Below are positions 8,918-17,711 of a stretch of 64,000 nucleotides of DNA, piece after piece. The stretch lies in NCBI GenBank assembly GCA_965237935.1, contig CBDEGW010000004.1:93340-157339 (forward strand), written 5' to 3'. This DNA is from Dehalococcoidia bacterium (GTDB taxonomy: Bacteria > Chloroflexota > Dehalococcoidia > Lucifugimonadales > CBDEGW01). Numbering within the stretch: position 1 is the stretch's first letter; each line of letters opens with the position of its first letter. The notes under the pieces are model-generated. The model was not told the origin of the DNA. It ran no database searches and saw only the letters and a program-made list of their open reading frames with translations. Both the position numbers and the translations under genes were made by a program.

Positions 8918-9424
8918 ATGACCAGGAAGAAGACCCTCACCAAGGACGCCGCGCTGCTTGAGGCGCTGCGCAGCAACCTGCACCTGCTGGGCGAGATAGC
9001 CATGCGCTACGAGGTCGAGACCCAGCCGAAACGCCCGGAGGATCCGCCCTCCATCAACTGCCCCGACGACGTGTGCAGGCTGCTGGGGCCGGAGATGGCG
9101 CAACTGGCCCAAGAGCAGCTTCGGGTGCTGCTATTGGACACCAAGAACAACGTCGTGGGCCAGAGGGTGGTCTACCAAGGGAACGTATCGTCGGCCATCG
9201 TCAGGCCCGCCGAGGTGCTGCGCCCCGCCGTCATCGAAGCCGTCCCCAGCATCATCATCAGCCACAACCACCCCAGCGGCGACCCGACGCCCAGCCCGGA
9301 GGACGTGGCCATCACGAGGGAGCTGACGCAGGCGGCCAAGCTGCTGGGCATCGAGCTGCTCGATCACGTCGTCATCGGCGGGGAGAAGTTCGTCAGCCTC
9401 AAGGAGCGGGGCCTCATGGCCTGA
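8918..9424 (+). CDS. radC: RadC-like JAB/MPN domain protein
   Basis: EQLRVLLLD, HNHPSGDPTPSPED, LLDHVVI. Confidence 0.9.
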   Translation: MTRKKTLTKDAALLEALRSNLHLLGEIAMRYEVETQPKRPEDPPSINCPDDVCRLLGPEMAQLAQEQLRVLLLDTKNNVVGQRVVYQGNVSSAIVRPAEVLRPAVIEAVPSIIISHNHPSGDPTPSPEDVAITRELTQAAKLLGIELLDHVVIGGEKFVSLKERGLMA

Positions 9425-9522
9425 TGCTCCACAAGTCCTGACGGCCCTCGCCGTCCGGCTCTCACGCAGGGGCAACCGTCCCTGCGCATCTCCTCGACAC
9501 ATACACCGAAAGGAGACATGAC

Positions 9523-10152
9523 ATGCTCGCAACTCACACCATCGACCCCGAAGACCTCTACACCATCACGTCAGGCGGCTTCAGCGCCACCGCCGACGCC
9601 TTCGCCCGCGACGACAACACCGACGGCCTCTGGTTCGTCTCGATGGTCGGCTCCCAGACGGCGCTCAAGGCGATCTGGGCCTCGCTCCTCAAGCAGCCCC
9701 CCGACACCGCCCACATCATCCGTGGCGCGGACGGCATGGCGCTCTCGGGCGGCTACCAGCGGTGCCAGATTCCCTACGAGACCATCGGGACGTGGACGAC
9801 CAAGATCGCCCGCCTGCCGGTGTCGGGAGGCTGGCACGCCCTCGTGTACACCAAAACCGCCGAGTACGGATTCGAAAAGGGCAGCTTCCTCCTGCTGGCG
9901 CAGGCCGAGGATGAGGCCCCCGCGCTGCACCACCGCTTCCTGGACAAGCGCAGCCCGCTCCCCCTGCACGGCTCCTGGGCGGACTGGCTCTGGCGGCGGG
10001 GCCTGGACAACGGGGAGATAGTCCCCCTCCAGTCCGTCGGCGTCTCCGCCTACAGGTGCTCCCCCAAGGCCGACAAGCTCCGGGAAGACCTCTCCGACGC
10101 CGTGGCGTCGGGCTGGCTCACCCTGCCCACTGAGGAGGTTTCCGATGGATAG
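9523..10152 (+). CDS. Hypothetical protein
   Basis: AAAGGAG RBS; 209-aa globular-looking ORF coupled to the next gene. Confidence 0.75.
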   Translation: MLATHTIDPEDLYTITSGGFSATADAFARDDNTDGLWFVSMVGSQTALKAIWASLLKQPPDTAHIIRGADGMALSGGYQRCQIPYETIGTWTTKIARLPVSGGWHALVYTKTAEYGFEKGSFLLLAQAEDEAPALHHRFLDKRSPLPLHGSWADWLWRRGLDNGEIVPLQSVGVSAYRCSPKADKLREDLSDAVASGWLTLPTEEVSDG

Positions 10153-10552
10153 GACGCTGAAGACGGCCAAGCGCAAGAACAAGCGCAGGCAGAACCGGAA
10201 CGGGAGCGCCTGGCGGCGCTTCTCCCCGGACGGGACGACCTGCCGCTACTGCAAGCACGACCACACCACGCACCTGACAAGCTCAGGCCAACCCCACTTC
10301 TACCGGCCCGCCACGGAAGCGGAGAAGCGCGACCCCTCGGTCATGTTCTACCGCCACACCCTGGCCCAGGGCGGCTCCGTGCTGGTGCGGCGGATGGTCG
10401 TCGCCAACCACGCCGAGCTCGTCACCGCCTTCTGCACCGCCTGCGCGGAGAGCATCGGGACTCACCAAGTCCTCTGCTACCAGCGCAACGTGGGCGTCGG
10501 AGAGGTGGTCGGGGTGCAGACCGGCCACAGGGACATGGCAATCGCCGCCTGA
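10145..10552 (+). CDS. Hypothetical Cys/His-rich protein
   Basis: GAGGAGG RBS; CRYCKH and CTAC motifs. Confidence 0.7.
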   Translation: MDRTLKTAKRKNKRRQNRNGSAWRRFSPDGTTCRYCKHDHTTHLTSSGQPHFYRPATEAEKRDPSVMFYRHTLAQGGSVLVRRMVVANHAELVTAFCTACAESIGTHQVLCYQRNVGVGEVVGVQTGHRDMAIAA

Positions 10553-10585
10553 CGCGGCGCAAGACACAGGAAAGGAGAGGAGACC

Positions 10586-10855
10586 ATGCCAACGGAACAG
10601 ACGCTGTTCTTCACCTGCCCCCACTGCGACGAGCGGTTCGCGCAGGTCGAGGAGCCTGACAGGGACATCCACACCGGGGAGACCTACCACTGCGGCTCGT
10701 GCGGCATCCAGGTGGTCTTCCAGGCGGTGACCGTCGAGGACTACGTGCCGCCCCCCAGGGCGAGAAGGGACTGCCACTTCTGCAACCCCGAACCCTGCCG
10801 GTTCGGGCCGTCAACGGACACAATAGACGACACAGAGAAAGGAGAGACGACATGA
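10586..10855 (+). CDS. Small zinc-ribbon protein
   Basis: CPHC, CGSC, CHFC; strong RBS; ATGA overlap with the methyltransferase. Confidence 0.7.
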   Translation: MPTEQTLFFTCPHCDERFAQVEEPDRDIHTGETYHCGSCGIQVVFQAVTVEDYVPPPRARRDCHFCNPEPCRFGPSTDTIDDTEKGETT

Positions 10856-13800
10856 GACTTGCAGCACAGGCAAAAGGCGGGTTTTACCCCACGCCGGAGC
10901 GGGTCGTCGACCTGCTCGCGGAGCTGATTCACACCCCCACCGGCTACTACCACAGGGACCGGGAGACGCTGCGCATCCTCGACCCCTGCTGCGGGGCTGG
11001 GGAGGCGCTGGCGCAGCTGGCCGAGCGCATGGACGCGCCCAACGCCATCCCCATCGAGACCTACGGCGTCGAGCTGCACCGGGACCGGGCGGAGGAGGCG
11101 GAGAAGCGGCTCGGGCGCGCCCTGGCCTCGGACCTGTTCGCCACGTCCGTAGCGAACGGGGCCTTCGGGCTGCTCCTTTTGAATCCGCCGTATGACCATG
11201 ACTCGGAAGACAAGCGGACGGAGCACGCCTTCCTGACCCAGACCACGCGCTACCTGGCCGAGGGCGGGCTGCTGGTGTTCATCGTCCCCAGACAGCGCCT
11301 CGCGGTCTCGGCCCGCTACCTCTCCACCCACTACGGGCGGATGCGCTGCTGGGCGTGCGCCGCTTAACGCGGTATAGAATCCCCGACTCAATCGGGAGAA
11401 ACTCGGAGTACGTTTCTGGGTCAACCAACCTACCTCAAGGCGAAAGCCAAGGGGGAAAACAGCATGTTGGTAAAGCGGCTACGGTCTGAAAGCGTTGTAA
11501 GACCGGTTCCGCAAGACCCGCGCTATATGGTGAAAGCTACACTGCCTGAACCTCAGTATCCGATCGGAGATTAGCGCCTCCCTCTGGTATAACGCTTGAA
11601 ACCCAGAGCCACTCATTACCTCAAGTTGGGTCCAGCCTTGCTGTAACTCCGATGAGTGGGCGTTGGCCAATGAGGCCAGTTAAGGGTACGAACGAGGCAC
11701 CTAAGTAGCGCTATCACGTTCTATACCGACGGAATGCGGGATTCCCTAATGGGGGCGACCCCTATGGGAACGGAGCCACCGTAGTAGTCCGAGGACGGGA
11801 AAGCCGTCCACATGGCGAAGGGTGGCAGGTGTCAATCGAGACTCAGAAAAGGAGGTGCGCGAGATGCGCAACGCCGAAACCATACTGGGAATCATTCGCA
11901 ACAGAGGTACACGGGGACTGCCCGTGAACGACCTTTACCGCCAACTCTGGAACCCGAACCCGTACCTGATGGCCTACGGGCGCATCGCCAAGAACGACGG
12001 CGCGCTCACCCCAGGCGCAACACCGGAAACCGCAGACGGGACGAAGATGGACGACATCCACGCGATCATCGAGGCCCTCCGCTTCGAGCGCCACCGATGG
12101 ACTCCGGCCCGCCGCGTATACATCCCGAAAGCCAACGGGAAGCGGCGGCCACTCGGACTCCCCGCGTGGTCGGACAAGCTGCTGCAAGAAGTGATGCGTC
12201 TCCTATTGGAGGCGTACTACGAACCGCAGTTCAGCGACCGGTCGCACGGCTTCCGGCCCAACCGTGGATGCCACACGGCCTTCACGGAGATAACCCGCAC
12301 CTGGACGGGCACAACATGGTTCATCGAAGGAGATATCGCCGGTTGCTTCGACAACATCGACCATAAGGTGTTGATGGAAATACTTGGTGAGAACATCCAG
12401 GACAACCGCTTCCTGCGGCTCGTCTCCAATCTCCTCCGGGCTGGCTACCTTGAGGACTGGAAGCTCAACGCCACCTACAGTGGCACCCCGCAGGGGGGTG
12501 TGGTGAGTCCCATACTCGCCAACGTCTACCTAGACCGGTTGGACAGGTTCGTGGAGGGAGTGCTTTTGCCCGATTACAACCGTGGCATGAAGCGGAAGCG
12601 CAACCAAGAGTACCAAAGGTTGGAAAGCAGGGCCAGATACTTTCTGAGTGCTGGACGTGGCAAAGAGGCGGCGGCTCTCCGCCCCCTCATGCGGTCGTTG
12701 CCTGCCAACGACACCCACGACCCTGCCTACCGCCGCCTGCGGTACATACGGTACCCCGACGACTTCCTGCTCGGCTTTGCGGGGCCAAAGGATGAGGCCG
12801 ATGAGATCAAGGCTAGGATAGGTATGTTCCTGCGAGATAATCTCAAGCTGGAGCTATCCGACGCCAAAACCCTGGTCACCCACGGCCGAACCCAAGCAGC
12901 ACGGTTCCTCGGCTATGAGGTCGTCGTTCAAGGGAACGACACCAAGCTCGACGCCAGTGGCCGTCGGTCGGTCAACGGCATCATCGGGCTGCGCGTTCCA
13001 CAAGACGTAGTACGCGCCAAGAGCGCCGCATACATGCGAGACGGCAAACCGCAGCAACGCGGGGAACGGCTTCACGACTCGCCATACAGCATCGTGGAGC
13101 AATACCAGGCGGAGTTCCGGGGCGTCGTCAACTACTACCGGCGTGCAACCAACCTGAGCGCACTGAACCATCTACGCTGGGTCATGGAAATGTCTCTCGC
13201 CAAGACGCTTGCAAGCAAGCTGAAGATCAGCGTCTCGCAGGTGTTCAAGCGGTACAAGACCACGATTCAGACGGACAACGGGCCTCGCAAGGTCTTGATG
13301 GTGAAGGTGGACGAGCCGGGCAAAAAGCCGCTGGTGACGTACTGGGGCGGCGTTTCGCTTGCGCGGGACAACACGGCAACCCTGATCGACAAACACCCCC
13401 CGATACTCAACGGTCGGACGGAACTCGTGCAGCGCCTGCTGGCCGACACCTGCGAGCTTTGCGGCTCAACGGTCAAGGTACAGGTGCACCACATACGAGC
13501 AATGAAAGACCTGCGAAAGAAAGGGCGGGCCGAACGGCCCGCTTGGGTGGAGATGATGGCACAGCGGCGTCGAAAGACGCTCGTGGTCTGTGCGCCATGC
13601 CATGCGGACATCCATGCCGGACGACCGCTGAAGCAGATTGCACAGGCAGCCTAAGTATCCACGTTGCAAAGGTCGGTAGTGTCTCAACAGTGTTACACTA
13701 GGGATGACAGGCAAGACATGCATCGTATAAGCCGGAAACTGGTCAAGATCGGCATCATCCTTGTGGCCATCGGTGTCACAATGGCGCTGCTGTGTGGCCT

Positions 13801-14664
13801 GTCCGGTGGTGTGCTCTGGGCGGTAGGTGGACGTGACCACGTAAGCGACAGCGGTGTCAGATACATGCTGGTGGTCGCCTACATATCGTTTTACGCCTGC
13901 CTTGTTGCCAGTCTTGTCACCCTCGCCGGAGGCGTCGGCGCCGGTGCGCTTGGTTTGACGCTGAAGGGTGTTGTCCTAGGTACGGCATACTTCCATAGGC
14001 CCTAGACACTATCCACCACTTACGACACTAGAGAGCCGGATGCGGTGAAAGCCGCACGTCCGGTTCGGAAGGGGGCCGACGGAAAAGTGCTCCGGTAACA
14101 CGGGGTAACTCGCCGGCGGCCTACCTTACCTTCCCGCACCCGGAGCGCGAGGTCTTCGACCAGGTGGTGTTGATGGGCTACCGGAAGGCCGACCCCGTTC
14201 CCGACGCCCACGGCGAGAGCATGGTGCTGGAGTGGGCGGTGGGTGAGCCGGAGCCGATGCGCCCCGAACAGTACCCGCCGTTCACCCCGAAGACCACGCC
14301 GAGCGGCGACATCCTGTTCACCACCCGCACCGTCGATCCCGTCGCGGCTGCTGCTGAGGCGCGGCGGTCGGGGCTGTGGACGAGCACGGAGATAACCGAC
14401 ACCCTCTGGCCCGCCAGGGACACCCGCACCCGCCCGCTGATGCCCCTGCGAAGGGGACACATGGCGATGCTGGTGGCGGCGGGCTTCCTCGACAACCTCT
14501 GCCTGGAGGCGGAGGGGCGGCGCATCCTGGTCAAGGGCCGCACCAGCAAGGAGATGGTCATGGTGGAGGACAGCCCCGAGAAGGAGGTCCACCGGGAGAA
14601 GCTCAAGACCACGGTGGTCGCCCTGGACCTCAACGGCGGAGAGATCACCGACATCGCAGCATAG
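10852..14664 (+). CDS. SAM-dependent DNA methyltransferase (DUF6094-like), split by a group II intron; exons 10852-11354 and 14130-14664, 345 aa spliced
   Basis: FYPTP, LDPCCGAGE, NPPY motifs; joining the exons (503+535 nt) gives in-frame RCWA-FPHPEREVFDQVVL. Confidence 0.9.
11864..13654 (+). CDS. ltrA: Intron-encoded reverse transcriptase/maturase with C-terminal HNH endonuclease
   Basis: KRRPLG, GTPQGGVVSPILANVYL, YIRYPDD (variant of YADD), CELC..VHH...CAPCHADIH; AGGAGG RBS at 11864. Confidence 0.92.
   Translation: MRNAETILGIIRNRGTRGLPVNDLYRQLWNPNPYLMAYGRIAKNDGALTPGATPETADGTKMDDIHAIIEALRFERHRWTPARRVYIPKANGKRRPLGLPAWSDKLLQEVMRLLLEAYYEPQFSDRSHGFRPNRGCHTAFTEITRTWTGTTWFIEGDIAGCFDNIDHKVLMEILGENIQDNRFLRLVSNLLRAGYLEDWKLNATYSGTPQGGVVSPILANVYLDRLDRFVEGVLLPDYNRGMKRKRNQEYQRLESRARYFLSAGRGKEAAALRPLMRSLPANDTHDPAYRRLRYIRYPDDFLLGFAGPKDEADEIKARIGMFLRDNLKLELSDAKTLVTHGRTQAARFLGYEVVVQGNDTKLDASGRRSVNGIIGLRVPQDVVRAKSAAYMRDGKPQQRGERLHDSPYSIVEQYQAEFRGVVNYYRRATNLSALNHLRWVMEMSLAKTLASKLKISVSQVFKRYKTTIQTDNGPRKVLMVKVDEPGKKPLVTYWGGVSLARDNTATLIDKHPPILNGRTELVQRLLADTCELCGSTVKVQVHHIRAMKDLRKKGRAERPAWVEMMAQRRRKTLVVCAPCHADIHAGRPLKQIAQAA
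13718..14005 (+). CDS. Passenger small membrane protein inside intron domain IV
   Basis: 95-aa ORF with 2-3 hydrophobic helices between the IEP stop and domain V. Confidence 0.55.
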   Translation: MHRISRKLVKIGIILVAIGVTMALLCGLSGGVLWAVGGRDHVSDSGVRYMLVVAYISFYACLVASLVTLAGGVGAGALGLTLKGVVLGTAYFHRP

Positions 14665-14767
14665 ACGGCTCGCCCCAAGAGCCGCGCCACAAGGCCCCGC
14701 CATCCCTCTACCGGGAAACGGCGGGGCCTCGCTTCGTCTGGACGCAACACCATTATAAAGGAAGGTC

Positions 14768-14968
14768 GTGAAGATGCAGATAACCATGACGCTGGAAGCC
14801 TGCGCCCGGTGCGGGCAGCCCATCGCCCCCGGCGAACCCGCCATGCAGACCGCCTCAGTGGACATCATCGGCGGAAGGGCGGTCTCCTCCCCGGTGAAGT
14901 CCTACCACCTGAAGGGCCGCTGCTACAACGACGTGCACCGGCGGGAGTCCCTTCCGAACGCAGCATAG
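14768..14968 (+). CDS. Small Zn-binding hypothetical protein
   Basis: AAAGGAAGG RBS, GTG start, CARC and YHLKGRC; flanked by repeat units. Confidence 0.6.
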   Translation: MKMQITMTLEACARCGQPIAPGEPAMQTASVDIIGGRAVSSPVKSYHLKGRCYNDVHRRESLPNAA

Positions 14969-15070
14969 ACGGCTCACACGAGCCGCTCACGAGGCCCCGT
15001 CGGTCCCATCGACTGGCGGGACTCGCTTATCGCCCAACCCCAAGCACTCTCATAAAGGAAGGAGAAAGAC

Positions 15071-16441
15071 ATGAACCTCGGACAGTTCATCGACACATTC
15101 AAGGACGCCATCGCCCAGCGGGTGGTGGCGTCCTACCCGCCCCTCTACAGGCCCTCGGAGAACGGCCACAGGCTCCCCCGCCTGCTCCGCAAGCCCCTGG
15201 GGGCGCAGGCCGACGCCATACGGGGCGCGGCCCTCTCCCTCGAAGCCCACCGGGGCACCACCGTCGTCGGCGAGATGGGCACCGGCAAGACCTTCATCGC
15301 CGCCGCCGCCGCACATGGCGGGCTTCAAGCGGGTCCTGGTCCTCTGCCCGCCCCACCTGGTGCCCAAGTGGAAGCGGGAGGTGGAGATGACGGTGCCCGG
15401 CGCCCGCGCCGTCATCGTCAAGTCCATCACCGACCTGGAGCGGCTGCGCATCTCCGCCGGCTCCGGCCCCCTCTTCGCGGTGATGAGCCGTGAGAAGGCC
15501 AAGCTGTCCTACCGCTGGATGCCCGCCGTGATACAGCGGTGGGCTGTGTCCAAGGGCAGTTTGTTGCGGGACGAGGAGACGGGCGAGCCGTTCCGGGTTC
15601 CCTGATGCCCCGACTGCACGGCTCAGATCGTGGACAAGGACGGCGTTCCCCTCACCGACGAGGACCTGAACCGCAGGAAGCACACTTGCGCCAACTGCGG
15701 CTCCCCCCTCTGGCAGGCCGACAAGTCCGGCCCCGCCCGCTACCCTCTGGCCGACTACGTGAAGCACCACATGAAGGGGTTCTTCGACCTGCTGGTCGGG
15801 GACGAGGTGCACGAGTACAAGGGAAGAGGCTCGGCCCAGGGCATCGCCGCCGGAGTCCTAGCCGACGTCTGCGGCAAGTCCCTCAGCCTGAGTGGAACCC
15901 TCATGGGAGGGTATAGCTCGACGCTCTTCCACCTGCTCTACCGGTTCTCGCCTGAGATCAGGACGGAGTTCGGGCGCTCCGACGAGCACCGCTGGATTCA
16001 GCGATACGGCTTCGAGGAGCACACCGTCGGCAAGACGGACGACGAGGCGGTGGAGGACGGGCGCAACAGCAGACGGCGCAAGTACCGCAAGGTGGTCAGG
16101 GAGCGGCCGGGACTGGTGCCCAGCGCCCTCTTCCACATCATCGGCAACACCGTCTTCCTGCGCCTCGCCGACGTGGCCTCGGGCCTGCCCCCCTACGAGG
16201 AGCAGGTGATGCTCTCCTCGATGGACTCGGAGGAGGATGCGACGGGCTACTCCCAGCGCAGCGCCTACAACACCGTGTACGAGGAGCTGCGGCTGAAGCT
16301 GGCTGAGGCTCTCAAGGCTGGCTCGAAGCGGCTGCTGGCGACCTACCTGCAAACCCTGTTGGCCTACCCTGACGGCTGCACCAGGGGGGAGACGGTCTTC
16401 GACCCCAGGAGCGGGGACGTGATCGTGCAGGTGCCGCCCCT
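15071..16441 (+). pseudogene. SF2 (SNF2/DEAD-like) helicase pseudogene
   Basis: GEMGTGKT and DEVHE motifs; 2-bp deletion near 15314, in-frame TGA at 15603-05, 3' end cut by IS3. Confidence 0.85.
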
Positions 16442-16458
16442 TAAGGTGGACCCCATTA

Positions 16459-17394
16459 TTAAGACAGCACGAGGGCTAAATTAAGAGAGTCTCCCACCCC
16501 TGCGCTAGGTTTCACCAAGCCCGATGGCAGCCCTGCTTCTTCAGCTGCTGCTCCCCTTTCTTCCTGGCCATGTTGGTACACCTCTGCTGGGGTCCGGTAG
16601 CCCAAAGCCTGGTGAGGCCTCTGCCGGTTGTAGAACTCCAGGTAGGCATTGATCCCAGTTCGGGCCTCGGCGACGGTCTGGTAAGCTTTCAGATACACCT
16701 CCTCGTACTTGATGCTCCGCCACAGCCGCTCCACGAAGATGTTGTCCAGGTACCTACCCTTACCATCCATGCTGACCTGGACCCTCTGCTCCTGCAACGT
16801 CTGGGTAAAGGCCTCACTGGTGAACTGACTCCCTTGGTCGGTGTTGAATATCTCCGGTCGTCCCTTACCCAGGGCTTCCTCCAACGCCGCCACGCAGAAG
16901 CTGGTGTCCATGGTGTTGGAGAGCTTCCAGGCCAGCACGTGCCGGCTGTGCCAGTCCATGATGGCCACCAGGTACAGGAAGCCCTTCGCCATGGGGATGT
17001 AGGTGATGTCCGCGGCCCAGACCTGGTCGACCCGATTAACCTCCACTCCCTTCAGCAGATAGGGAAAGATCCGGTGTCCCGGCGCTGGTTTGCTGGTGTT
17101 GGGACGCCGGTAGATCGCTTCCAGACCCATCAACCGCATCAGCCTTCGAACCCTTTTTCGGCTCACCAGATAGCCCTGTTGCAGCAGCCAGGCCTTCATC
17201 TTCCTGGAGCCGTAGAAGGGGGTCTTCAAATACTGACGGTCCATCAGGGCCATCAACTCCAGGTCTTCTGCCCTGGTCGGTACCGGCCGGTAGTACACCG
17301 AGGCCCGGCTGACGTCCAGCAGGATACATTGACGCACCAAAGACAGCTGCTGGTGGTCTCGGTCTATCATGGCTCGCCGTATGCTGCGACTCAT
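16459..17394 (-). CDS. IS3 transposase OrfB (DDE integrase core)
   Basis: [32 protein letters not shown]. Confidence 0.95.
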   Translation of the reverse strand: MSRSIRRAMIDRDHQQLSLVRQCILLDVSRASVYYRPVPTRAEDLELMALMDRQYLKTPFYGSRKMKAWLLQQGYLVSRKRVRRLMRLMGLEAIYRRPNTSKPAPGHRIFPYLLKGVEVNRVDQVWAADITYIPMAKGFLYLVAIMDWHSRHVLAWKLSNTMDTSFCVAALEEALGKGRPEIFNTDQGSQFTSEAFTQTLQEQRVQVSMDGKGRYLDNIFVERLWRSIKYEEVYLKAYQTVAEARTGINAYLEFYNRQRPHQALGYRTPAEVYQHGQEERGAAAEEAGLPSGLVKPSAGVGDSLNLALVLS

Positions 17395-17675
17395 AGACCG
17401 GACCTTTCCGACAAAAAATCGCGTTCCACCTTCAGCTGGCCGATGTGCCGGTAGAGGTGGTTAATCTGAGCTTCCTTGGCTTTCTCCTGGGATTTCTGAT
17501 TGGTGGCAAATAGCTCCGGGGCTCCTTCCACCAGGGCCCTTTTCCAGGCGTGAATCTGACTGGGATGGACCTCAAATCGGCTGGCCAGCTGGGCGATGGT
17601 CTCTTCCCCCGCAAGGGCGGCCAGGGCCACCTTGGCCTTGAACGCCGGACTGTGCTTATTCCTCGTCTGCTTCAT
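17391..17675 (-). CDS. IS3 transposase OrfA (HTH)
   Basis: [15 protein letters not shown]...[11 protein letters not shown]. Confidence 0.92.
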   Translation of the reverse strand: MKQTRNKHSPAFKAKVALAALAGEETIAQLASRFEVHPSQIHAWKRALVEGAPELFATNQKSQEKAKEAQINHLYRHIGQLKVERDFLSERSGL

Positions 17676-17711
17676 GTCCTGCTCCTCCACGTCGGTTAGT
17701 TGCCGGTTATT

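Larger units (their letters stand above)
11355..14129 (+). mobile_element. Group IIA intron (2775 nt)
   Basis: 5' GTGCG; domain V GAGCCGGATGCGGTGAAAGCCGCACGTCCGGTTC from 14033; 3' end CTACCTTAC; EBS1 GTCCAG (11630-35) and EBS2 TAGCGC (11572-77) pair with the exon end GCGCTG-CTGGGC. Confidence 0.95.

Noticed and set aside
3282-9424. Prophage interpretation
   Set aside because: No capsid, terminase, tail or lysis genes; the methyltransferase-helicase-RadC set fits an ICE/plasmid better
5367-15070. Intergenic repeats as a CRISPR array or integron attC sites
   Set aside because: Spacers are whole genes, repeats are degenerate, there are no RYYYAAC/GTTRRRY boxes and no cas1 or intI
16570-17454. 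294-aa plus-strand ORF over the IS3
   Set aside because: Antisense shadow of OrfB
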